Below are positions 1 through 7,108 of a stretch of DNA of 10,432 nt, one piece after another. How positions within the stretch are numbered: the stretch's first letter is position 1; the number at the start of each line of letters is the position of its first letter. The stretch is taken from the UHGV virus genome UHGV-0214677, one strand, 5' to 3'. The position numbers were made by a program, and so were the translations under genes. The notes beneath the pieces are model-generated. The model did no database searches, was not told the DNA's origin, and saw only the letters and a program-made list of their open reading frames with translations. Origin of the DNA: a virus.

Positions 1-201
1 ATAATGTCGCTACCGCAGGAAACGAAAGAGGAAAAGGAATTTCGCCATTGTATATGGCTTGCAGAGAAAGAAGAACGCGAGCGAATTTACCAGACATCAA
101 TCCGACCATTCCGCAAAGCCACATATACCCACTTCCCTGAATATATCGACCCGCGCCTGCGTAATTACCGCTCACGCTATGGCGCTATCAGTAATGACTG
201 A
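1..201 (+). CDS. Hypothetical prophage protein, probably 3' part of a gene that begins upstream of the window
   Basis: Frame 1 is open from nt 1 with an ATG at 4 and stop TGA at 199-201. The translation ([16 protein letters not shown]...) is protein-like, and the next gene follows 10 nt later with its own SD. No family recognised. Confidence 0.4.
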   Translation: MMSLPQETKEEKEFRHCIWLAEKEERERIYQTSIRPFRKATYTHFPEYIDPRLRNYRSRYGAISND

Positions 202-211
202 GGAATTTACC

Positions 212-376
212 ATGAGAGGACTTGCATACAATCCCGGCATTCTTCCGGCAGAAATGATTATTCGCCAACGCGTAAAGCCAATGCCATCGAGAGAGGAATT
301 GCTTAAGAGAAATAGTTTCGGTTCTGTTAATGACAACAAATATCTGAATGCGATGTGGCGGAGTGGGAAAAAATGA
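212..376 (+). CDS. Small hypothetical prophage protein (54 aa)
   Basis: ATG at 212 preceded by GAGGA (200-204). Stop TGA at 374-376 overlaps the ATG of the next gene (ATGA). The longer ORF-track call 59..376 would overlap the previous gene out of frame and has no SD. Confidence 0.4.
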   Translation: MRGLAYNPGILPAEMIIRQRVKPMPSREELLKRNSFGSVNDNKYLNAMWRSGKK

Positions 377-972
377 AACAAATGTCACTAATTGAGATGG
401 ATGGTTTTCTGAAAGGTAAATGCATCCCAAGTGATTTAAAGGTTAACGAAACAAACGCTGAGTATCTGGTGCGTAAATTTGCTGAAGCGGAGGCCAAGAT
501 TTCGGCTCTGTCCGAAGACCACCAGAAAGCGATTGAGTCAATTAAGCAGGCTGATGCGGCTGTTAAGTTGGCACACGAGAAGTTTTCGGCGCTGGCGGCG
601 GAGAATGCGGGGCTGAAGGGTGCGTTTGATAAGCCTCAAGCATATCTATCCTGGCACGCTATTCCACCAAGCTGGGAAGACCCGCTCCCATGCGGTGAAT
701 ATCTTGATGTTCATGACGAGGCAGGACACAAAAACTCCGATGGAACTGATTGCTGGCCGGTATATGCCAAGCCAGAAATCGAGACCACAGCCACCTACGC
801 ATTCCTGGCTGAAGTACGGGCGCAGGGGGTAGAGATGTACGCAGATAACCTCGACAACGGAGCAGACGACGCAGAACGAGGTGGTTTTGATTATGCCGTT
901 AAGTTTCTACGCAGTGAAGCGTCTGGTGTACGTTTGTTCGCCGACCAGCTTCGCAAAGGAGGCAACCAGTGA
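373..972 (+). CDS. Hypothetical prophage protein
   Basis: ATG at 373 preceded by GGAG (359-362), in frame with the ORF-track call 355..972. Stop at 970-972 overlaps the GTG start of the next gene. No family recognised. Confidence 0.55.
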   Translation: MKQMSLIEMDGFLKGKCIPSDLKVNETNAEYLVRKFAEAEAKISALSEDHQKAIESIKQADAAVKLAHEKFSALAAENAGLKGAFDKPQAYLSWHAIPPSWEDPLPCGEYLDVHDEAGHKNSDGTDCWPVYAKPEIETTATYAFLAEVRAQGVEMYADNLDNGADDAERGGFDYAVKFLRSEASGVRLFADQLRKGGNQ

Positions 973-1829
973 GCAAGATTGATTATCAGGCACTGCGTGC
1001 TAAGGCAGAAAAAGCAACGTGTGGCGAGTGGTCTCTCGAGTATGGAGAGGGCCGATTTGATGGTGATGATGCACTAATTCATCGCGAGGCTGCTGGATAT
1101 ATTCCCATTTGCAGAATTGAAGGAGCGCATCCTGAAAGCGGTTTCGATGAAGATTTCCAAATAGAACAGCAGGCCAATGCTGAATTCATCGCCGCAGCCA
1201 ATCCGGCTACCGTCTTGGCGCTGCTGGATGAACTGGAAAGAAACCAGCAATACATCAAACGCCGCGACCAGGAGAACGAGGATATTGCGCTTACGGTTGG
1301 GAGGCTGCGCGTTGAGCTGGAAGGCAAAGACAGCAAAATAGCCAATCTTACCGCCGAACGCGATGCTCTTCGTGAAGGTGAGATGGGCGACGCTAGGCAT
1401 AGCAACACACGGGCCGCAGCTGATATCTACTTCCAACTGGTCGAGGAGTGCGAAATTCCTGCTGGCGGTTCTCTGGTCGAGTACGTTGACGATATGCGCG
1501 AGAAGCTGGAAGCCGCAGAGAAACGTCTGGCAGAACTACAATCTAAATCCATGCGACCTGTGGCGTGGATGAGAAGCGACGATATTACTACATTTGGACC
1601 AATATTCACCAAGAACGAAAACTATGCTGTTGAGCAGTGGGGAGATAATGCGGTAGCGCTTTATGCATCCCCAGTTAATTTCAAGTTGGCATGCTTCACT
1701 GACGAGAGAAATCTTAAGTACATCAATGAACGAGGAAGGGAGACATCTCTCATCTGGAGCGAAAGAAATTCAGAAAATGGTGATGTTCAACTTTTCCGCG
1801 CCGCAGGCATTCGCATCAAAGGAGAGTGA
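969..1829 (+). CDS. Probable Ead/Ea22-like prophage protein
   Basis: 286-aa ORF with GTG start at 969 preceded by AGGAGG (957-962). N-terminal 'DYQALRAKAEKATCGEW' and a central coiled-coil-like acidic region resemble the Ead/Ea22-like family of lambdoid prophages (recalled, not searched). Confidence 0.65.
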   Translation: MSKIDYQALRAKAEKATCGEWSLEYGEGRFDGDDALIHREAAGYIPICRIEGAHPESGFDEDFQIEQQANAEFIAAANPATVLALLDELERNQQYIKRRDQENEDIALTVGRLRVELEGKDSKIANLTAERDALREGEMGDARHSNTRAAADIYFQLVEECEIPAGGSLVEYVDDMREKLEAAEKRLAELQSKSMRPVAWMRSDDITTFGPIFTKNENYAVEQWGDNAVALYASPVNFKLACFTDERNLKYINERGRETSLIWSERNSENGDVQLFRAAGIRIKGE

Positions 1830-1830
1830 T

Positions 1831-2118
1831 ATGGCAACTTTGCAGGAATTAATCGACCTGACGCCGGAACAGGAAAAAGCGTGGAATCGCCTTGTGAAGG
1901 CTGTAAAGGATTTCAGGGCATCCGGAGGAAAGTTTTATAGCGTCCTGGACACGCTGAGCGCATACAACGGTGAGCACGTTGCCAGCATTGATAACGATAA
2001 GGGCTACCACACTGCAAGCGTCTATATGCCTAGCATTGATGCGCCAGGGCTAACCAGTTGGGCTGATGATTGGCACGGCATCACGCTGAAAGATGGCGTT
2101 GAAGTGGATGAGGACTAA
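1831..2118 (+). CDS. Hypothetical prophage protein (96 aa)
   Basis: ATG at 1831 two nt after the previous stop, preceded by GGAGAG (1821-1826), in frame with ORF-track 1663..2118. The upstream part of that ORF overlaps the previous gene and is unlikely to be translated. Confidence 0.5.
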   Translation: MATLQELIDLTPEQEKAWNRLVKAVKDFRASGGKFYSVLDTLSAYNGEHVASIDNDKGYHTASVYMPSIDAPGLTSWADDWHGITLKDGVEVDED

Positions 2119-2121
2119 CCC

Positions 2122-2814
2122 ATGACCACTATTACCAAAGAGCGACTACTGACAATCAAGCAGTGGCGCGAAACATACGGACCTGGTAGCAACGTTGTAC
2201 TGCCAGCAGAAGAAGCGGAAGAACTGGCACGAATTGCACTGGCATCGCTGGAAGCAGAACCGGTGGCGTGGATGCGTGATGACGCAGATGGTCGTGAGTA
2301 TAACGCTCGCAATGAATTTTCTGATGGAGGGAAAGGAATTCCGCTATATCGTGTGCCGCCAGCGCCGGAAGTGCCGGAAGAAATATATTGGCAGGATGCG
2401 CCAGTTGAAGGCAGCATCAAAGCGGCTGCATACGCTACAGACTGGAACGCCTGCCGCGCCGCCATGCTTCATGGTGCCAAACCTGTAAGCCAGACTTACA
2501 AGTTAAACGAGCTGTCGGGCAACTCTCCGGTAACTCCGGATGGTTGGATAAGCTGTAGTGAGCAGATGCCTGTAATCGGCGAGCTAAATTGGAGAACTAG
2601 TTTTCCTTTACTGGTTACGTGTGAGATCGGCGTTATACCTGCTTATTACGGCTTTGTGAGCGTTAATGGTGATAGGCATTATGGCTTTATGGAGAGTCTT
2701 AAATACGGAGACGATAACGGCAACCATCCTCAAACTAATGAATATGGTCTGATTAGCAATGTCACACACTGGATGCCTCTACCAGAACCGCCTCAGGAGG
2801 TTAACCGTGGCTAA
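2122..2814 (+). CDS. DUF551-family prophage protein
   Basis: 230-aa ORF with ATG at 2122. The C-terminal '...THWMPLPEPP' matches the signature I recall for DUF551 proteins of enterobacterial prophages. Stop overlaps the next gene's start. Confidence 0.65.
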   Translation: MTTITKERLLTIKQWRETYGPGSNVVLPAEEAEELARIALASLEAEPVAWMRDDADGREYNARNEFSDGGKGIPLYRVPPAPEVPEEIYWQDAPVEGSIKAAAYATDWNACRAAMLHGAKPVSQTYKLNELSGNSPVTPDGWISCSEQMPVIGELNWRTSFPLLVTCEIGVIPAYYGFVSVNGDRHYGFMESLKYGDDNGNHPQTNEYGLISNVTHWMPLPEPPQEVNRG

Positions 2815-3088
2815 TCTGCAACTTGCCGTTAAAGGTGAATACTTCGATGCCATGATTCGCGGGGAGAAAACGGAAGAGTATCGCTTGTGTAATGACTACT
2901 GGAATAAGCGAATTATGTTCCGGGAGTATGACCGCCTGATTATCACGAAGGGATATCCGAAGCGCGACGACTTCAGTCGCAGAATTGATGTCCCGTATGA
3001 CGGATATGAAATCAAGACAATCACACATCCCCACTTCGGCGATAAACCGGTAAAGGTATACGCGATAAAGGTGAATATCAATTGCTAA
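2807..3088 (+). CDS. Hypothetical prophage protein, possibly ASCH/PUA-like fold
   Basis: GTG at 2807 preceded by a perfect AGGAGG (2795-2800) with 6-nt spacing, in frame with ORF-track 2759..3088. Overlaps the previous stop by 8 nt. The fold assignment is a weak guess. Confidence 0.5.
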   Translation: MANLQLAVKGEYFDAMIRGEKTEEYRLCNDYWNKRIMFREYDRLIITKGYPKRDDFSRRIDVPYDGYEIKTITHPHFGDKPVKVYAIKVNINC

Positions 3089-3089
3089 A

Positions 3090-3199
3090 TTAGTAGCATA
3101 GCATAAAGATGCTTGCATTAATGAAGTGTGTATAATAACGCCTCATCAATAGTAAACTACTGAAATAGCAAAAAATGCATATTAAAGAGGATTCGAAAA
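3090..3199 (+). promoter_or_regulatory. AT-rich intergenic region with candidate sigma70 -10 element (TATAAT at 3121-3126)
   Basis: Consensus TATAAT hexamer in an AT-rich spacer upstream of the 3200 ORF. The nearest -35-like TTGCAT (3104-3109) is only 11 nt away, so the promoter architecture is unresolved. Confidence 0.3.
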
Positions 3200-3391
3200 T
3201 TGAAAATGTTCATGCAAATAGACAGACGCATAGATATTAATGGCAATTCATACTTAGTTAGATGCGAAGAGAGGCCTAACGGTGAGTGGCGTGTATATGA
3301 TATTGACCGTAAGATCAATATCAGCACCATGAACAAAGACACTGCCTTTGATGAATGGAAAGCTGAAGCTAAAAAACAACATAATTCGTAG
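3200..3391 (+). CDS. Small hypothetical protein (63 aa)
   Basis: ORF with TTG at 3200 (ATG alternatives at 3206 and 3212) preceded by AAAGAGGA (3184-3191). Lies in the AT-rich region. No family recognised. Confidence 0.4.
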   Translation: MKMFMQIDRRIDINGNSYLVRCEERPNGEWRVYDIDRKINISTMNKDTAFDEWKAEAKKQHNS

Positions 3392-3471
3392 AATTACAAA
3401 AACCCTAACCAATTGATGGATTTCTTTTATCTGAACTCGCTACGGCGAGTTTTGTTTTATGGAGATGATAA

Positions 3472-3639
3472 ATGCACTTCCGAGTCACAGGTGAATGGAA
3501 TGGAGAGCCATTCAACAGGGTTATCGAAGCAGAGGACATCAACGACTGCTATAACCACTGGATGATATGGGCGCAGATAGCACATGCAGACGTAACCAAT
3601 ATTCGAATTGAAGAACTGAAAGAACACCAAACCGCCTGA
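3472..3639 (+). CDS. Small hypothetical protein (55 aa), below the ORF-track length cutoff
   Basis: ATG at 3472 preceded by GGAG (3461-3464). Translation MHFRVTGEWNGEPFNRVIEAEDINDCYNHWMIWAQIAHADVTNIRIEELKEHQTA. Stop TGA at 3637-3639 sits in the loop of a canonical terminator hairpin. Confidence 0.5.
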   Translation: MHFRVTGEWNGEPFNRVIEAEDINDCYNHWMIWAQIAHADVTNIRIEELKEHQTA

Positions 3640-3655
3640 TGGCGGTTTTTTATTG
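3630..3655 (+). terminator. Rho-independent terminator
   Basis: Stem ACCGCC (3631-3636) / GGCGGT (3641-3646) with loop TGAT, followed by TTTTTTATT. Confidence 0.7.
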
Positions 3656-3696
3656 CCTGATTTGCAGGTTCGATTCCCTATTCGGAGATAGCACTC

Positions 3697-3897
3697 ATGC
3701 AACACGAACTACAGCCTGATTCACTGGTTGATTTGAAATTCATCATGGCCGATACTGGCTTTGGTAAAACCTTCATCTACGACCGTATTAAGTCCGGCGA
3801 CTTGCCAAAAGCCAAAGTTATCCACGGGCGAGCAAGATGGTTATATCGTGACCATTGTGAATTCAAAAATAAGCTCTTAAGCCGCGCCAATGGGTAA
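3697..3897 (+). CDS. AlpA/Xis-family DNA-binding protein (probable excisionase or integrase regulator)
   Basis: 66-aa ORF with ATG at 3697 preceded by GGAG (3684-3687). The pattern 'LKFIMADTGFGKTFIYDRIKSGDLPKAKVIHGRARWLYRDHCEF' matches the AlpA-family helix-turn-helix signature. Sits immediately upstream of the integrase on the same strand. Confidence 0.8.
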   Translation: MQHELQPDSLVDLKFIMADTGFGKTFIYDRIKSGDLPKAKVIHGRARWLYRDHCEFKNKLLSRANG

Positions 3898-4109
3898 AAT
3901 AGCGGGTAAAATATTTCTCACATCTAAAAAACACCATTCCAATCAATCCCCTGCCGCCTCAAGTAGATGTCTGCAGGGGACACCATTTACACCTCTCCTG
4001 AAATCTACCATATCCCATAAAAAGCCTTTATAATCAGTATATACCCTTACTTATGTTACTCAAATAGTCGCCGTGATTCTCCTCAGGGGTACGTAAATCA
4101 AGTCACATT

Positions 4110-4159
4110 TGGGGGCCTATTTAGGGGCACATATTGGTCAATCTATTGCGAGGCCCCCA
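4110..4159 (+). promoter_or_regulatory. Perfect 9-bp inverted repeat spanning the integrase ribosome-binding site
   Basis: TGGGGGCCT (4110-4118) and AGGCCCCCA (4151-4159) are exact reverse complements 32 nt apart. The right arm contains the GAGG Shine-Dalgarno 7 nt before the int ATG. Confidence 0.3.
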
Positions 4160-4160
4160 G

Positions 4161-5351
4161 ATGCCACTGACAGCTCGACAAGTTGAAACAGCCAAACCCA
4201 AAGATAAAATTTATAAAATTGCCGATGGTGGTGGGCTCTACCTGCAGGTCAATCCTAACGGCTCAAAGTACTGGCGAATGAAGTACCACTATGCAGGGAA
4301 GGAAAAGAAACTATCATTTGGCACCTATCCAACTATTACATTGGCTGAAGCTCGCAAACGTCGGGATGAAGCCAAGAAAATACATGCCGATGGTAAAGAC
4401 CCCGGTGAAGTCAAGAAAGCTGAAAATCTTGAGAAAAACCTTTCTGAAGGAAGAACTTTTGCCACAATCGCCACCGAGTGGTACAACGCAAAAGTTTCAG
4501 GCTGGTCGGCCAGCTACGCTGATTATGTCGACAGAGCATTCAAAAATAATGTGTTTCCCTACATTGGAAACAGACCCATCAGTGATATCGAACCTCTTGA
4601 ACTTCTCGCAGTTCTTCAGCGTATTGAAAGCCGCGGAGCCTGCGAGCTAGCTAATAAAGTTCGCCAACGATGTGGTGAAGTGTTTCGGTATGCCATTGTT
4701 ACAGGTAGGGCTCGATACAATCCAGCCTCTGATCTGGTTATAGCAATGAAAAGCCATAAACGAACACATTACCCATTCCTGCTTCCTCCTGAACTACCAG
4801 AGTTTTTGTACAAACTCGAAAACTACACCGGCAGTATTGTAACCCGTGAAGCTACAAAATTGTTGATGCTCACAGGGCTGAGGACCGTAGAATTACGTAT
4901 GGGGGAATGGTGTGAGATCGATTTTTCCCAAAAAATATGGGAAGTGCCTCCGACCCGGATGAAAATGAGGAAGGAACATATTGTTCCCCTCTCAAATCAG
5001 GCAATTCGGTCTCTCCAAATCCTTAAAGAACTGACGGGAAGATACAGATACATCTTTGCCGGAAGAAATGATGTTAACAGGCCTATCAGCGATGCAAGCG
5101 TCAATATGGTTTTGAAGAAGATTGGCTATGACAAAAAAGCTACCGGGCATGGTTTTCGTCATACAATGAGTACTATTCTACATGAGAAAGGATTCAATAG
5201 TGCATGGATTGAAATGCAACTTGCACATACGGACAAAAACAGCATTCGTGGTACATACAACCATGCTCGTTACCTTGAAGGAAGACGAGAAATGATGCAA
5301 TGGTACGCTGACTACCTTGATGCTATTCGAAAAGATTCCCCAGCTATATAA
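4161..5351 (+). CDS. int: P4-family (DUF4102-type) tyrosine integrase
   Basis: Typical N-terminus 'MPLTARQVETAKPK...GGGLYLQVNPNGSKYWRMKYHYAGKEKKLSFGTYP...LAEARKRRDEAKK'. C-terminal catalytic signature present: R in 'GLRTVELR', 'HGFRHT', and Y in 'IRGTYNHARY'. ATG at 4161 with SD is preferred over the in-frame TTG at 4134 used by the ORF track. Confidence 0.9.
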   Translation: MPLTARQVETAKPKDKIYKIADGGGLYLQVNPNGSKYWRMKYHYAGKEKKLSFGTYPTITLAEARKRRDEAKKIHADGKDPGEVKKAENLEKNLSEGRTFATIATEWYNAKVSGWSASYADYVDRAFKNNVFPYIGNRPISDIEPLELLAVLQRIESRGACELANKVRQRCGEVFRYAIVTGRARYNPASDLVIAMKSHKRTHYPFLLPPELPEFLYKLENYTGSIVTREATKLLMLTGLRTVELRMGEWCEIDFSQKIWEVPPTRMKMRKEHIVPLSNQAIRSLQILKELTGRYRYIFAGRNDVNRPISDASVNMVLKKIGYDKKATGHGFRHTMSTILHEKGFNSAWIEMQLAHTDKNSIRGTYNHARYLEGRREMMQWYADYLDAIRKDSPAI

Positions 5352-5489
5352 TCACTTGATTTTAAAGGCTGACTTAACGAAATACCTTGATAGTCATTTA
5401 TCAGTAATCTAATAGTTAAGTCAGTCATAATCCCCTAAGTATCACTCCTCAATCAGTTTCAGCACATTGTTGACCTGTCTCCAGTATTC

Positions 5490-5913
5490 GATACAACCAT
5501 CAGTCAGCCTGCTGGCACGACGTTGCGACAGACCCGTTGCCTCACACATGACTTCCACGGCTTCCCACTTCTGTTCTGTCGTCAGAATTTCGGTCCAGAG
5601 CTACCTGAAGTACCTCCTTATCCAGCATGGTTTTGGCGAGCAGCGTCTTGAGGGGTCGTTCTCCTCTTCAGGTGTCTTAAGCCGCTTTACCTCAGGGACT
5701 TCTATTCCACCAAACTTCGGCGCCCGGTGTAGAAAGTAGCGTCTGAAATAGCATTCTTGCGGCAGAGTTCCCGGGCAGAAACGCCGGCTACGGCCTCGCG
5801 GAGGATACTGATAATCTGTTCGTCGGAAAACACTTCTTCATGGGGATACCCTAACGTTGCTGATGAAGACATTACTTACATCGTGGTATATTAATAAATG
5901 TGGGAGCAGGTCA
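5490..5913 (-). mobile_element. Degraded IS3-family insertion sequence remnant (IS407-group-like orfA with frameshifts, truncated at its distal end)
   Basis: The - strand reads MSSSATLGYPHEEVFSDEQIISILREAVAGVSARELCRKNAISDATFYT... from ATG at 5870-5872, then breaks frame. Other frames continue with '..EVPEVKRLKT..', '..LLAKTMLDKEVLQVAL..' and '..VEVMCEATGLSQRRASRL', typical of IS3-family OrfA and the OrfB N-terminus. A terminal-repeat-like TGACCTGCTCCCA (reverse complement of 5901-5913) lies 41 nt outside the ATG. The inner boundary near 5490 is approximate. Confidence 0.6.
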
Positions 5914-6058
5914 ACTCCACAATGCAGTCCACTGAGGGAAGAGATCATTAGGTGCAAAGGATCTACATTAGTGGCTGAAAACAACTAGAATTTAGAATTA
6001 AAAAGTTTTATCCTATATTAGTAAGTATTTTTGTTAACACTTTTGTAAGGATACTTTT
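5914..6058 (+). promoter_or_regulatory. Very AT-rich leader and probable promoter region of the SIR2-like/DUF262 operon
   Basis: About 145 bp of AT-rich non-coding DNA between the IS remnant end and the first cassette gene, with several TATA-like hexamers (for example TATATT near 6015) and an AAGGA SD at 6044-6048. No single -35/-10 pair can be assigned confidently. Confidence 0.25.
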
Positions 6059-7108
6059 TTGAGCAGCGAAAAAAAAAAGAAAGTTGGGTTAATGCTTGGG
6101 AATGGATTCACTATTGACCTCCTTAGCAAAATGGACAAACTTGATATAATTGACCCATCCGATCTATTTAAATATGGCGATATGGTTAAGTGGCCCGCCA
6201 CTGGGGAACCCGGTTTTCTTTCTGCTCGATATTGCCCAAATCTATGGCGATTGGGTGCAAGACCCGGGCTAAATAGAACCGCATCATATCAAATAATAGA
6301 AGAATTAATTACAGTAATAAATTTATATGCAACTCTACCTCCAGAAACAATAAAGAAGAAAAATCAGGCAAGTCATACTCCATTGTCAAACATTTACATT
6401 TATGCTTATCAAGAATTAGTTTCATATTTAAGGGAGCTTTTCATTGATTATAACGAAAAAGTTTCCTCTGAAGATCTACGTAAGTTAGAAAGTGGCTGGC
6501 GAGACTATTTGATGAAACTGGACAAAAACGAAAACATAGAACGAGTTGATATTATAACTTATAACTATGACATTTATCTTGAGCGCCTTCTTGATTTACT
6601 TAATATCAGATTTGACATCCCAAACATATCTGACGGGAATGCAAAGTTTAAAATATACAAACCACATGGCTCTATTAGCTTCTTGTATGAAGGATATATG
6701 TCAAAAGATAACTACAATATCCAAAAAGAGTTATCTTTAAATAATGGCGACATATCAAAATTCGAATGCCGGCATGAAAACTTAAGCCTTTACATGCCAT
6801 TAATTCCAATAATACCGCCAGCAGGAGAAGCTCATCGTTATGCCCAAAACTGGGCTAATTCAATTAAAGAGTCTATTGAAGCGACGATGGAGTCGTACAA
6901 CCCAAACGATGATTTCTTCATTTGTGGTATTTCATATTGGCATGTTGATCGTGCCGAAATTGATGCAATAATACGCAAAATAAACAGTGACGTTAATGTT
7001 AGAATGATTAATCCAGGAAATGTTGATGGTTTAAGTGCTATACTTGGAATGGTATTTAATAGTTATGTTCATCATTCATCATCTGAAGTTTTAAAGGAGC
7101 TTGCCTAA
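6059..7108 (+). CDS. SIR2-like (DHS-like NAD-binding, SIR2_2-type) protein; candidate NAD+-consuming effector
   Basis: 349-aa ORF. Three motifs occur in the order expected for SIR2-family defence proteins: a Gly-rich N-terminal loop 'VGLMLGNGFTIDL', 'DIITYNYDIYLERL' (compare the TTNYD motif; predicted Asn ~169) and 'KIYKPHGSISF' (compare the KLHGS motif; predicted His ~203). Start is TTG at 6059 (SD AAGGA at 6044-6048) or the in-frame ATG at 6092. Stop TAA at 7106-7108 overlaps the next start. Confidence 0.6.
   Translation: MSSEKKKKVGLMLGNGFTIDLLSKMDKLDIIDPSDLFKYGDMVKWPATGEPGFLSARYCPNLWRLGARPGLNRTASYQIIEELITVINLYATLPPETIKKKNQASHTPLSNIYIYAYQELVSYLRELFIDYNEKVSSEDLRKLESGWRDYLMKLDKNENIERVDIITYNYDIYLERLLDLLNIRFDIPNISDGNAKFKIYKPHGSISFLYEGYMSKDNYNIQKELSLNNGDISKFECRHENLSLYMPLIPIIPPAGEAHRYAQNWANSIKESIEATMESYNPNDDFFICGISYWHVDRAEIDAIIRKINSDVNVRMINPGNVDGLSAILGMVFNSYVHHSSSEVLKELA

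Noticed and set aside
59-376. 105-aa ORF in the ORF track
   Set aside because: It overlaps the better-looking frame-1 gene (1-201) out of frame, has no SD, and its N-terminal part is low-complexity. Only its 3' part from ATG 212, which has an SD, is kept as a gene.
1074-1612. Minus-strand ORFs 1074..1436, 1079..1408 and 1427..1612, and the + strand ORF 1363..1572
   Set aside because: All lie inside the Ead/Ea22-like gene, which has strong start context and coupling to its neighbours. They are antisense or out-of-frame products of a GC-balanced coding region.
2115-3118. ORFs 2115..2465 (-), 2195..2488 (+), 2801..3118 (-) and 2896..3081 (-)
   Set aside because: They overlap the DUF551 and downstream + strand genes, lack ribosome-binding sites, and have compositionally biased translations. 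Judged non-coding.
3664-3680. tRNA T-arm-like motif GGTTCGATTCC upstream of the alpA-like gene, considered as a tRNA 3' fragment or att core
   Set aside because: The flanking bases do not form the 5-bp T-stem (only 2 of 5 pairs), no acceptor stem or CCA follows, and the position upstream of xis/int is wrong for a lambda-type attL. Likely coincidental.
3157-3705. Minus-strand ORFs 3157..3342 and 3457..3705
   Set aside because: Antisense to the two small + strand ORFs and their terminator. The + strand terminator (T-tract after the hairpin) and SDs support the + strand genes; no start context on the - strand.
4134-4160. TTG at 4134 as the integrase start (ORF-track call)
   Set aside because: The ATG at 4161 has a GAGG SD at the right spacing and gives the typical 'MPLTARQ...' N-terminus; the upstream extension has no SD.
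4291-4650. 119-aa + strand ORF inside the integrase in another frame
   Set aside because: Fully contained in the integrase CDS, whose frame carries the conserved catalytic motifs.
5467-5739. 90-aa + strand ORF
   Set aside because: It lies antisense to the IS3-family orfA remnant, and its translation is low-complexity with no start context. Treated as a spurious ORF.
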